Shown here in pieces: positions 20,240 to 32,239 of a stretch of 41,226 bases of DNA. The notes beneath the pieces are model-generated. The model did no database searches, was not told where the DNA came from, and worked only from the letters and a program-made list of their open reading frames with translations. Both the position numbers and the translations under genes were made by a program. The stretch is from Octopus sinensis (taxonomy: Eukaryota). How positions within the stretch are numbered: position 1 is the stretch's first letter; each line of letters starts with the position of its first letter. Where the stretch lies: NCBI RefSeq assembly GCF_006345805.1, contig NW_021835247.1, forward strand, positions 1-41,226, given 5' to 3'.

Positions 20240-20400
20240 TATATCATCATTTAATGTCCATTTTCGATGCTTGTATGGGTTGGACAGTCCGACATGAAGC
20301 TGGCTACCCGAGAGATGTCCAGACTCCAACTGTCTCTTGTAGCATGGTTTCCAAGGATGGATGCCCTTCCTGATGCCCACCACTTAACAGAGTGTGCTGA
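20240..20400 (-). mobile_element. Family C variant 3' end
   Basis: catcatttaatgtccattttcgatgcttgtatgggttggacag...ggatgcccttcctgatgcc. Confidence 0.7.
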
Positions 20401-20426
20401 TGGCTTTATATATATTTATTATAGAA

Positions 20427-20569
20427 CTAGCAGTATAGCTCGGGTTTGTTTCGACCCTTTAGAATTGGAATTTTTGAAAAGTAAAAATTTTGCATTATGT
20501 AGCTTGTTATTCTCTTTAAGTGAACATTTTTCTGGTTGAAATACACCGAAAAATGGTGACATAGCTGTA
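20427..20569 (-). mobile_element. Helitron 3' end fragment
   Basis: Near-identical reverse complement of ~39940-40094; ends ...tatactgCTAG|T, with the subterminal hairpin deleted. Confidence 0.7.
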
Positions 20570-20890
20570 CTAGTAGTAGTAGTAGTAGAAGCTGCTGTAC
20601 TAGTGGTAGTAGTAGTAATAGCAGAAGGCTGATTCACTGCAGCAACAGTAGTAATAGTAGTAGTGGTGATGGTGGGTTTCAGACCTGTAGTAGTAGTAGT
20701 AATGGTGGTGGGTTTCAGACTAGTAGTAGTAGTAGTAGTAGTGGTGGTGGGTCACAGCAGCAGCAGTAGTAGTAGTAACAGCAGTAGTGGTGGGTTGGTT
20801 TGCAGCAGCAGTAGTAGTAGTGGGGGTGGTCATGGTAGTGGTTTGGTTCACAGCTGTAGTAAATAGTAGTAGCAGCAGCAGCAGCAATAT
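20570..20890. repeat. (GTA/GTG/GCA)n trinucleotide mosaic
   Basis: Directly visible. Confidence 0.9.
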
Positions 20891-21275
20891 AAAGTAGCCT
20901 CTATGTGGCAGCTCACCTAGCTAGAAATAGATACCAAAACTCCCTCACGCCTCACCCTACTGACACAATCTTAAAATTTTTTTCTTTAAAATAAAACAAT
21001 CCACACATTTGCTTATGTAGTCCTAGATACACTATGATGTCTGAGTAGAAGACAGGATGGTCACAGCTGGAAATGCCTTTGATTATAAGTCTGTTCGATT
21101 CGCACTGACCTGGTATTTAACAATAAAAACAAAAATGACAACAGCTGTTTCGTAGTAGCATTGATATTACAGCAAGAAATTTAAAGGTGAGAAAGGATTG
21201 ATTTAACCCTTTAGCTTTCGGATTAATCTGTCAAATGCAATGTTTATTTACATTGTAGGCGGAGGAGTGGCCTAT

Positions 21276-21632
21276 AGGCATAGGAGTGGCCGTGTGGTAA
21301 GTAGCTTGTTTGCCAACCACAAAGTTCCGGGTTCAGTCCCACAGCATGGCACCTTGGGCAAGTGTCTTCTACTATAGCCTTGGACCAACCAAAGCCTTGT
21401 GAGTGGATTTGGTAGACGGAAACTGAAAGAAGCCCGTTGTATATATATGTATATATATGTGTATGTGTGTGTATATGTTTGTGTGTGTGTGTGTGTTCGT
21501 ACCCCCAACATCACTTGACAACTGATGCTGGTGTGTTTACGTCACCGTAACTTAGCGGTTCAGCAAAAGAGGCCAATAGAATAAGTACTAGGCTTACAAA
21601 GAATAAGTCCTGGATTCGATTTGCTCGACTAA
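21276..21632 (+). mobile_element. SINE-A, 3' end clipped
   Basis: taggcataggagtggccgtgtggtaag...gatttgctcgactaaag. Confidence 0.9.
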
Positions 21633-21650
21633 AGATGATGATGATATATA

Positions 21651-22067
21651 CTCTTTTTACTCTTTTACTTGTTTCAGTCATTTGACTGCGGCCATGCTGG
21701 AGCACCGCCTTTAATCGAGCAACTCGACCCTGGGACTTATTCTTTTGTAAGCCCAGTACTTATGCTATCAGTCTCTTTTGCCGAACTGCTAAGTAACGGG
21801 GACATAAACACACCAGCATCGGTTGTCAAGCAATGCTAGGAGGACAAACACAGACATACAAACACACACACGCACATATATATATATATATATACATATA
21901 TACGACAGGCTTCTTTTCAGTTTCCGTCTACCAAATCCACTCACAAGGCTTTGGTCGACCCGAGGCCATAGTAGAAGACACTTGCCCAAGGTGCCACGCA
22001 GTGGGACTGAACCCGGAACCATGTGATTGGTAAACAAGCTACTTACCACACAGCCACTCCTGCGCCT
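21651..22067 (-). mobile_element. SINE-A, full length
   Basis: Complete tail to head (cagccactcctgcgcc). Confidence 0.9.
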
Positions 22068-22103
22068 ATATATATATATATATATATATACACCTCCTGC
22101 GCC

Positions 22104-22135
<32 letters not shown>

Positions 22136-22750
22136 ACAGGTTTGTAAAGTGAGCTTAGTCACACAGCCGTGCCTGTGTGCCTGCGTGAACTTTTTTGTGT
22201 CTCTACAGAGAGTTTCAGAATGGAAGAGATCAGATGAGAAAACGGTGACTAACAGAGAACAGAAATGGAAGCAATCAACCAGAAACCCCTCGCACACCCC
22301 CAACAACTACCACCACCACCACCACCACCAATACCACCACCAACACCACCACCAGCTGGATATGCAATTCCCGAACAAGAACCGTGGCCTTATGTTTGAC
22401 TGCTAAAAAAGTAATCGATATTTTCATTATCGCTCGTGCAAAGCGAGAAAATAATTCTTGATGGAAATGTCTAATATATCTAGCAGTAATATATACATAA
22501 ATATATTTGGTGTCATCAAATACTTTGCTTAATTATTCATCAGCTTACAACAAACACACACACACTCACACAAACAAACACACACACACACTCACGCATA
22601 CACAAATTCAAAGGCTTTCCAGTTACCACACAATGGCCGTTAGCAGGAATTGTGAGGAGTGCAATGCCATGGCCATGCACATATTTAATATTCCAACACA
22701 TTAATTTGCTTAAAATATGGTCTCGCTGCAAAATACTATTCTTTTATTAT

Positions 22751-23176
22751 TTTACTCTTACTCTCTTACTCTTTTACTTGTTTCAGTCATTTGACTGCGG
22801 CCATGCTGGAGCACCACCTTTAGTCGAGCAAATCGACCCCGGGACTTATTCTTTGTAAGCCTAGTACTTATTCTATCGGTCTCTTTTGCTGAACCGGTAA
22901 GTAACGGGGATGTAAACACACCAGCATTGGTTGTCAAGCAATGCTAGGGGGACAAACACAGACACACAAACATATACACACACACTTATATATATATATA
23001 TATATATATATACGACAGGCTTCTTTCAGTTTCCATCTACCAAATCCACTCACAAGGCATTGGTCAGCCCGGGGCTATAGTAGAAGACACTTGCCCAAGG
23101 TGCCACGCAGTGGGACTGAACCCGGAACCATGTGGTTGGTAAGCAAGCTACTTACCACACAGCCACTCCTGCGCCT
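22751..23176 (-). mobile_element. SINE-A, full length
   Basis: Complete tail to head. Confidence 0.9.
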
Positions 23177-23194
23177 ATTTTCTTCCTTTTTTTT

Positions 23195-23478
23195 TCTTTT
23201 ATCTGTTTCAGTCGTTTTGACTGCGGCCGTGCTGGAGCACCGCCTTTAGTCGAGCAAATCAACCCCCGGGACTTATTCTTTGTAAGCCTAGTAGTTATTC
23301 TGTCGGTCTCTTTTGCCAAACCGTTAGGAAAGGATCGATGGGCCACGCTTTCGCGGTCCGTATTCATACTGAAAATCGAGATCGAGCGAGCTTTTGCCCT
23401 TTTGCTCAACGTGTGGTTTCCGTCCACGCTGAGCTCAGTTAAGCAATGGTAGGAGGACAAACACACACACACACACAA
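23195..23478 (-). mobile_element. SINE-A 3' half carrying a 28S rRNA insert
   Basis: SINE-A sequence on both sides of 23329-23436; about 35 nt of SINE is missing at the insert. Confidence 0.85.
23329..23436 (-). rRNA. 28S rRNA fragment (non-functional retrocopy, domain V)
   Basis: Minus strand GAGCTCAGCGTGGACGGAAACCACACGTTGAGCAAAAGGGCAAAAGCTCGCTCGATCTCGATTTTCAGTATGAATACGGACCGCGAAAGCGTGGCCCATCGATCCTT is colinear with the conserved eukaryotic LSU segment as I recall it (GAGCTCAG..GAC.GAAAC...GAGCA.AAGGGCAAAAGCTCGCTTGATCTTGATTTTCAGTA.GAATAC.GACCG.GAAAGCG.GGCC...CGATCCTT). Confidence 0.9.
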
Positions 23479-23639
23479 TACTTGTTGGATAAAGCCAGAA
23501 AAATTGAAGATGTAAACTATGAAAGGGAAAGCAAAACTGGGGCTATGACCCCTTCATCAGGACGTGTGAAAAAGTGGGGAATGGGAAAGGTTGTTGTGTG
23601 GGGAAGGAAGGTAGCATGCCTTAGCAACCAGTCTGCTTC

Positions 23640-23870
23640 AGATATACACACACACAGATACACACATACACACACACACAAATATATATACATACATACA
23701 TACACACAGAGATACACATATATATACACACACACACACACACACAGAGATACACATATATATACACACACACACACACATATACATATATATATATATA
23801 TACATACACACACACACACACACACACATATACATATATATATACATACACATATATATACATATATATA
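23640..23870. repeat. (CA/TA)n microsatellite
   Basis: Directly visible. Confidence 0.95.
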
Positions 23871-23976
23871 GTTTTTAAGACACTATTTTAGGTACACTCC
23901 TTTTTTCTTAAATATCAACAACCTTTCTCATCCTTTACTACGCAGCAAAAGACAACACCTCTTTAGAATATTACCC

Positions 23977-24009
<33 letters not shown>

Positions 24010-24323
24010 GACCTGATGCTTTCAGAAATGCACAACTAAGTCCTCAGATAGTCTTCAAAAGAACAGGGTCAACTAAGTTCCCCCTCCTGCTAAGTTCTCA
24101 ATTATATAACTTAAAACAACGGATCCCTCAAGACCCAACGGTAAACGGGTTCTTAGAGTTGTGAAATAATTGCCAAGATTTCAAAATAAAATTATATTAT
24201 ATCGTTTCAGAATCCATTTGGTACAGAAAAAGAAAGAAAGAGTCTGAATAAAGGGAATTTGATCAGTTTTCTATCCCTGTTTATTTTCAGTTTGAACCCC
24301 CTTGATATGAAAATCCCTAACAG

Positions 24324-24512
24324 TAGGCACAGGAGTGGCTGTGTGGTAAGTAGCTTGCTTACCAACCACATGGTTCCGGGTTCAGTCCCACTGCGTGGCA
24401 CCTTGGGCAAGTGTCTTCTACTATAGCCTCGGGCCGACCAAAGCCTTGTGAGTGGATTTGGTAGACGGAAACTGAAAGAAGCCCGTCGTATATGTGTGTA
24501 TATATATATATG

Positions 24513-24584
<72 letters not shown>

Positions 24585-24790
24585 TGTGTCTGTGTTTGTC
24601 CCCCCAACATCGCTTGACAACCGATGCTTGTGTGTTTATGTCCCCGTTACTTAGCGGTTCGGCAAAAGAGACCGATAGAATAAGTACTGGGCTTACAAAG
24701 AATAAGTCCCGGGGTCGAGTTGCTCAATTAAAGGTGGTGCTCCAGCATGGCCGCAGTCAATTGACGGAAGCAAGTAAAAGAGTAAAGAGT
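24324..24790 (+). mobile_element. SINE-A, full length (reference copy)
   Basis: Head with TGGCTGTGTGG and GGTTCAGTCCC boxes, ccttgggcaagtgtctt core, internal (TA)n(TG)n, tail gaagcaagtaaaagagtaaagag. Confidence 0.92.
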
Positions 24791-25289
24791 ATTACTCTTC
24801 GTTCTATGATGAAAATTCACTATTTTAAAGTGAACTCCTTATTTTCAAAATTAAATAAAACAAAAGCAGCATATTTCGAATACATCTGGTAACAAAAAAG
24901 GGTCAATTTGAGGTTTCTTAAAATACCAAGTCCCCCAAATCTCAGAAAATACTAATGTAATTGCAATGCAATAAAAAACACTTCTGTACTAATAATTGGG
25001 TATTCTACCAGCAGTATATTGGATAGATATTATCCCTTAGTGGGTTGGACCCACAACCCCTAACTTTCTTGGAGTTATATATACGCATATATATATATAT
25101 ATACATACAGACACACCTATACACATGCATAAACGAATATATAAGCACATATGACACACCTGTACATAGATGTACACACACACACGTATACTAATACACA
25201 GTCTTACGCATGCACACACCCAAGCGCACAAGTAAAGTTTTGTGAATTTGGTTAAGTTCATAATGCTATGGTGAGAAGAGATTACTGAC

Positions 25290-25705
25290 ATTTCAGAACT
25301 GACCCAATGCTTGGGGGAGGCAGAGAGGTAGAAAGGTAGGGGGGGTAAAAGGAGGGGAGACAGAGTGGGAAGGAGAGAGAGAGAGAGAAAGAGTGGGAGG
25401 AGGGAGGGAAAGAGTGGGAGGGAGGAAGGGAGGGAGAGGGAGGGAGGAAGAAAGGTAGAGGGGGAAAGATGAAAAGAGGGGGAGAGAGAGAGTGAGAAGA
25501 GACAAAGAGAGAGGAAGAGAAACAAAGAGAGAGAAGAAGACAGAATGGGAAGGAGAGAGAAAGAGTGAGAAGGAAAGAAAGAGTGGGAGGGAGAGAAAGA
25601 GTGGGAGGGAGAGAAAGAGCAAGACTGATAAGAGGGCGAGAAGGGAGGGGAGGAGAGAGGAAGAAAGAAAGAATGGGAGAGACAGCCTGAGAGAGGGGAG
25701 GTGAG
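25290..25705. repeat. Purine-rich (GA/GGA) low-complexity tract
   Basis: Directly visible. Confidence 0.9.
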
Positions 25706-26039
25706 AGTGTTCAGCCAGTGCTTTTAAGGTAACCCTGAGAATACATGGTTGAGAGGGGGGGGGGGGGGGATAACCACGTGAAGAGTCTGTGGATGCTGTC
25801 TTTTAAATATTACATCACTGGCAACAGTGGAAGTGGATATAAGAGAAGAACCGTGTGGGTGGGGAGTGGAGAGATACCCAGGGGTGCAGTCTGCGTAAAA
25901 CCAAAACAGCAAAGTCACTATCAACAAACTGGATGTGAATACATACATGCGTGTGTGGCTGTGGTGAGGAGGCTGTACATTAGGCCAGAAGTGAAAATTA
26001 CACTTCACTGAAGAGAATGAATAAGGCTGAAACATGTCT

Positions 26040-26805
26040 GGAGTTGTCCCACCCTGGTACTAAAATCAGACTCCCTTGCTTTCATTCTTGTAGGGGGAAG
26101 GGGGGAGGGCAGATGGAATTCTTTGAGGCAAATTCTCTACAGCTGGATACCCTTCCTGTCACTAACCCTCACCTGTTTCCAGCAAAGGTTGTATTTTCCC
26201 AGGGCCAGACATGTTTTCATGAAAGATTAGAAAAGAATGGCAATGAGAGTAATACTCATCATCATCATCATCATCGTTTAACGTCCGCTTTCCACACTAG
26301 CATGGGTTGGACGGTTCGACCGGGGTCTGGGAAGCCAGGAGGCTGCACCAGGCTCCGGTCTGATCTGGCAGTGTTTCTACAGCTGGATGCCCTTCCTAAC
26401 GCCAACCACTCCATGAGTGTAGTGGGTGCTTTTTGCATACCACCGGCACAGGTGCCTGGGGAGGCTGGCAACGGCCACGAACAGTTGGTGCTTTTTACAT
26501 GCCACCTGCACGGAAGCCAGTCACGGTCGCGCTGGCAAGTCAAGGCCACACTGTAAAGTGGTTGGCATTTGGAAGGTCATCCAGCTGTAAAAACCATGCC
26601 AAAACTGACCTCGCTTGTGCTTGTGCCATGTAAAAAGTACTCAGTCCATTCTGCTGGGTGGTTGGTGTTAAGAACGGCATCCAGCCATAAAAACCATGCC
26701 AGAACAGACACAGAAGTCTGGGGTAGTCTATTACCTGGTCAGCTCCTGTCAAACCGTCCAACCCATGCCAGCATGGAAAGAGGATGTTAAACAATGATGA
26801 TGATG
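26040..26805. mobile_element. Cluster of family C ends (minus ~26040-26260 and 26265-26530; plus 26545-26805)
   Basis: ggatgcccttcctaacgcc / ttggaaggtcatccagc motifs, with (atc)n and (gat)n tails pointing outwards. Confidence 0.8.
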
Positions 26806-26829
26806 TCAAGACAAGGAGAAACATACAAA

Positions 26830-27005
26830 CACACACAACAGGCTTCTTTACAGTTTCCGTCTATGAAATCCACTCACAAGGCTTTTGGTCAGCCCAAGGT
26901 TATAGGGGAACAACGCTTGCCCAAAATGCTATGCAATAGGACAGAACCTGAAACCATGTGGCTGCGAAACAGTTTTCTTAACTGAACAGCTAATCCTGCA
27001 CCTAT
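26830..27005 (-). mobile_element. SINE-A head, diverged
   Basis: acaggcttctttacagtttccgtc...aatccactcacaaggc...cttgcccaaaatgc. Confidence 0.7.
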
Positions 27006-27066
27006 TCACACCAGCACGTGGTAGGGAAAACGTGGAAAAAAATTGTGAATTCTTGCATGAAGACCA

Positions 27067-27425
27067 TTGACAGACAAGAAACCAAATCTCTCAAGTGATT
27101 GGAATCAGTTACAGAGCTTGTCTGGAGATTCTCTGGGAAATCTGAATAAGCGTTGCTGCATTCCTGCAAAGTTTTTGACAAGGAACAAAACGGGAATTGT
27201 TTCCTATCCTCTCCCTATTCACTCAGTCTATACCCCTGGGAATTTACCATCTTTCTCCAAAGTGAAACCGAAGAGGCACCCCTTCAGCACCGGAGCTGAA
27301 GCCCAACCAGAATTGCCAGTGATATTAGATAACATTGGGAAGAGGGCTTTCTAGTGCTTTTAAGGAGTGGAAGGCACTTTGGGGATCGGTACATATTCTC
27401 CAAAGGGGATTACTTCAAAAAGGGA
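27067..27425 (+). mobile_element. Mariner transposase C-terminal remnant
   Basis: Across frameshifts: KFLTRNKTGIVSYP / PYSLSLYPWEF / FSKVKPKRHPFST / FKEWKALW / SKGDYF, resembling mariner PYSPDLAPxDF...F..WK.RW..C....GDYF. Confidence 0.6.
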
Positions 27426-27474
27426 TGGTGCCCCCGAATATAAATATTACATTATCATACATTATTGAGTATAT

Positions 27475-27707
27475 TTTATTTATTTTTTATTTGTTTCCAT
27501 CATTAGATTGTGGCCATGCTGGGGCACTGTCTTGAACAATTTTTAGACAGTCAAATAAAACTCCAATACTTACTGCTTTTTAAGCCTTGTACTTAGTTTA
27601 TTGGTGTCGTTTGCTGAACTGCTAAGTTACAGGGATTTAAACATACCAACAATGGTGGAGGACAAATACACACACACACACATTTGTGTTTGTCGTACAT
27701 ATATATA

Positions 27708-27738
<31 letters not shown>

Positions 27739-28295
27739 CATACATATGTATATATAATGTATATGTGTATATATATTCTTTTATTTGTTTGTTTCAGTCG
27801 GTTGACTGCAGCCATGCTGGAGCACTGCTGTTTAATCGAACAAATCAGCCCCAGAACTTATTCTATCAGTTTTCTTTTGCTGAACCACAAAGTTCGGTTG
27901 TCAAGTGATGGTGGAGGGACAAACAGACACATACATTATATATATATATATATATATATACATATGTACGATGGGTTTCTTTCAGTTTCCTTCTACCAAA
28001 TATCAACTCACAAGGCTTTGGTCAGCCTAAGGCTATAGAAGAAGACACTTGCCCAAGGTGCCGTGCAATGGGACTGAACCATATATATATATATATATAT
28101 GTGTGTCGTGTGTGTGTGTGTGTGTGTGTGATATAATGGACTTCCTTCAGTTTCTGTCTACCAAATCCACTCATAAGGCTTAGATCGACCCAAGTTTATA
28201 ATAGAAGACACTTGCCCAAGGTGCCACACAGTGGGACTGAACCCAGAACCATATGGTTTGGAAGCAAACTGCTTACCGCACAGCCACACCTGACA
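27475..28295 (-). mobile_element. Three partial SINE-A copies
   Basis: 3' halves at ~27475-27700 and 27770-28090; head at 28135-28295. Confidence 0.75.
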
Positions 28296-28649
28296 CCAAT
28301 AATTATTTTTCATATACATGAGTGCATAGATCACAAGATCGATGGCATATTCCATTCCCTTTGATCTATCTGAAAGTCCCGGAATATTGAACACATTGTG
28401 AATCAACTCAAAAGCCAAAACAAAAAAGAATAAAACAATTTATTAATTTGCTATGAAAGCTAAGCACAGGCTCTGTAAGAGGGGCCCACGGTGGCCGTTT
28501 TCATTGAAGGGCCTTCTTCTTCAGGGTGTGGAACCCAACATTGAGAGTCTGGGCCACAAAATATTCCAAGTTGTAAGAGCGGAATGGGTGAAAGAGGAAA
28601 ATGTTCTGAAGTCACAGATAATTATGTCATGGAAACAAAAGGACTTGTA

Positions 28650-28655
28650 CGTGTG

Positions 28656-28686
<31 letters not shown>

Positions 28687-29070
28687 ACACATATTCATAC
28701 AATACATATTATATACATATACACACATACACACACACAATACATGCACACACAAATACACACATATATACACACATATACATATATATATACACACAAT
28801 ACATGCACATACATACACAGACACACACACATATACATATATACACACAATACATACACACACAAATGCACACATACATATAGACACACACACACACACG
28901 AGATCATACATATACACACATACTCATACACATATATACACACATATACACATACACACATATAGACACACACGCACATCTACACACACACAAATACATA
29001 CACATACATATAGACACACACACACACACACACACACATCAATCCATACACACATGCATGCACACACACA
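28650..29070. repeat. (CA/TA)n microsatellite
   Basis: Directly visible. Confidence 0.95.
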
Positions 29071-30090
29071 CATTAGATAACTTTGCTAACATTATGATAT
29101 CTTTGAAGCCAACCTTCCCAGCACGGCTGCTACAACGCCTCCTCCCCTTCCCCCACACACACACCACCACCACCCTCACACATCCTCTCTCTCCCTCTCT
29201 CCCCCTCCCTCCCATAATCCATATAGCTTAAACAGGCAGTGCAACAGTCCAATGAGGACAGACCTCGAGGAAGAGGAGGAGAGGTGGGCGAGGAATCTAG
29301 GAAGATGAACGGGGGGGGAGACGATGATGATGAATAAAGCATGAGTGCGCGGGCGCGCGCGAATGATGCATGCGCGTGGTGGTGGTGGTGGTGGTGGGGA
29401 GGGGGGAGAGGGGAGAGGTTGGTGGTGGTGGGGAGGGGGGAGAGAGAGCGGCGGGGAGAGGTTGGTGGTGGTGGTGGTGGTGGTGGTGGTGAGAGGTGAG
29501 GTTGATGATGGGAGATGGCGGGAGGGTAGAGGTTAGAGATGATGGTGGTGGTGGAGGTGGACGAGCGAGGTGGAGGGAGGTGCTAGATTGGTGGGGAGGG
29601 GGGCGGGGCGGTGGCGGTGGCGGTGGTAGAAGGGTAAGAGGGGGGGGGGGGGAAGGAGGCTGGTGAATAAAGGATGAGATAAAACAATGAGAAAGAGAAA
29701 ATGAGAGAGAATGGTTGATGAATTATGAAGTGGGGGGGAAGAAGGAGGAGGAGAACGGGAGGGGGAGGAGGAAAAACAACAAGCAAACAAAAAGAGAAGA
29801 AAAAATACTGAGGAATGAAAGGAACGAATTAAAAGGAACGAACGAACGAACGAACGAAAGAGGGAATGAATGCAGCCACAAATTGGCTGAAAGAAAACCA
29901 AACAATAAAATGAAAGAAAAGGAAAGAATGAAATATAAAAAAAATTTTTAAAAAAAAACATGTACTATAAGTGGTGAATGAAAATGGGGGGGGAAGGAAT
30001 GAGGGGGAAAGATGAAAGAATATATTGTAGACATCCTGGGGTGTTGACAATGTCACATAGAAGATACCCTGTTAAAATTCCTTCGCTAAA

Positions 30091-30717
30091 GTACCATCCT
30101 GGGGCACATGTAAGCTACTTGTCTAACCTCTGTCCTCCATGAGTAAAGTACCATCCTGGGACACATGTAAGTTACGTGTCTAATCTCTATCCTCCATGAG
30201 TAAAGTACCATCCTGGAGCACATGTAAGCTACTTGTCTAACCTCTGTCCTCCATGAGTAAAGTACCATCCTGGGACACATGTAAGTTACGTGTCTAACCT
30301 CTATCCTCCATGAGTAAAGTACCATCCTGGGACACATGTAAGTTACGTGTCTAATCTCTATCCTCCATGAGTAAAGTACCATCCTGGAGCACATGTAAGC
30401 TACTTGTCTAACCTCTGTCCTCCATGAGTAAAGTACCATCCTGGGACACATGTAAGTTACGTGTCTAACCTCTATCCTCCATGAGTAAAGTACCATCCTG
30501 GGACACATGTAAGTTACGTGTCTAATCTCTATCCTCCATGAGTAAAGTACCATCCTGAGGCACATGTAAGCTACTTGTCTAACCTCTGTCCTCCATGAGT
30601 AAAGTACCATCCTGGGGCACATGTAAGTTACTTGTCTAACCTCTGTCCTCCATGAGTAAAGTACCATCCTGGGGCACATGTAATCTACTTGTCTAACTTC
30701 AGTCCTCCATGAGTAAA
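30091..30717. repeat. 57-bp minisatellite, 11 full units
   Basis: gtaccatcctgggacacatgtaagttacgtgtctaatctctatcctccatgagtaaa and variants; degenerate relatives continue to ~31110. Confidence 0.97.
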
Positions 30718-31707
30718 GTACCACCCTCATGTAGCACACCAGGCAAATTGCTTAGTTGCATTCCGTCTGTCCTTACATTCAGCTTCTCATCTAACCTCCA
30801 TCCTCCATGACTAAATATCATCCTGGGGCACATATCAAACCCCCATCCTCCATGTAAGTTAAGCATGTCTGGTCTCTGTCCTCAATGACTAAAGTACCAT
30901 CCTGGGGCACATGTCAAACCTCCAAGCTCCTTGTCAGCATGTCGAGCCTCTGTCCCCCATGACTAAAGTACCATCCTAGGGCACATGTCAAACCTCCAAG
31001 CTCCATGTCAGCATGTCGAGCCTCTGTCCTCCATGACTAAAGTACAATTCTTGTCACATGTCAGCTACTCATCAAACTTCTATCCTCCATGACAAATACC
31101 TTCCTGGGGCACTGCCAATATCACTTGTAAGCTATTTGCCTAAACTTAATTGGAAGTAAGTGTTGGCTACAGAAAGAGCATCCAGCCAGAGAAATCTGCT
31201 CCAAAGAATTCAGTGTGGTTCACGCAAGCAAGGAAAAGTGAACATTAAAACTGTCAGGTATGTATCAAAACTATAAAACTCAGGAATTATGAGGTGAAGA
31301 CAGATTTATTAATTCCATATGATAACGGTTTCATAATCTTATTTATGTAATAGCATTAATTTCAACATTCCAAATTATACACATACATTTCACATTTAAT
31401 TACTGTGTAAACTGATAGCCAGTTGCTTGCGAGAGTGCTTACTGTGAGTTCTGCCTGATTCTCTGAATCCAATTTTCTACTTCATATATCTCCAAGATGG
31501 AAATGAGCACCAACATACCATGTGAGAGATTTGATAATTGAGTGATTTCTCTCAGCATGAAACCATTGGATGCCTTGTTAACCCATAAAGACTATTTGTC
31601 CACCAATGCAGTGTTGGACACTCATCATCACTGTTTGAAATCAGTGTATATATGCAGTCCAACGATGGCTTAACTGGCCAAAACTTCAAAGTCACTATCA
31701 ACGACAT

Positions 31708-32093
31708 ACTCTTTTAATTGTTTCAGTCCTTTGACTATGGCCATGCTGGAGCACCACATTTAGTCGAGCAAATCGACCCCAGGACTTATTCTTTGTAAGC
31801 CTAGTACTTATTCTATCGGTCTCTTTTGCCGAACCGCTAAGTTACGGGGACGTAAACACACTAGCATTGGTTGTCAAGCGATGTTGGGGGGACAAACACA
31901 CACAGAAACACACACATATATACATATATACGACGGGCTTCTTTCAGTTTCCAACTACCAAATCCACTCACAAGGCTTTGGTCGGCCCGAGGCTATAGTA
32001 GAAGACACTTGCCCAAGGTGCCATGCAGAGGGACTGAACCCGGAACCATGTGGTTGGTAAACAAGCTACTTACCACACAGCCACTCCTGCACC
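31708..32093 (-). mobile_element. SINE-A, full length
   Basis: Complete tail to head. Confidence 0.9.
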
Positions 32094-32239
32094 TGTGATT
32101 GTTTAAGAATAATAAATTTGTACTCTACAAAAGTATGTAAAAATATGCAAGATTAATGTAAAACTGTTTTGACAACTGAACATAAAAACAAACATTAATG
32201 TGTGTGTGTGTGTTTGTGTGTGAACCGGTGAAATAAACA

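Noticed and set aside
24207-24892. Recurring ORF peptide RASFSFRLPNPLTRLWSARGYSRRHLPKVPRSGTEPGTMWLVSKLL
   Set aside because: It is the antisense translation of the SINE-A head and recurs at every copy.
25910-25925. 16-mer caaagtcactatcaac shared with 31687-31702
   Set aside because: The flanks do not align; chance or a trace of an old repeat.
30086-30739. 217-aa minus-strand ORF with a 19-aa repeat
   Set aside because: It is the 57-bp minisatellite. A unit length divisible by three with no stop in one frame arises easily by chance, and there is no unique coding flank or splice context.
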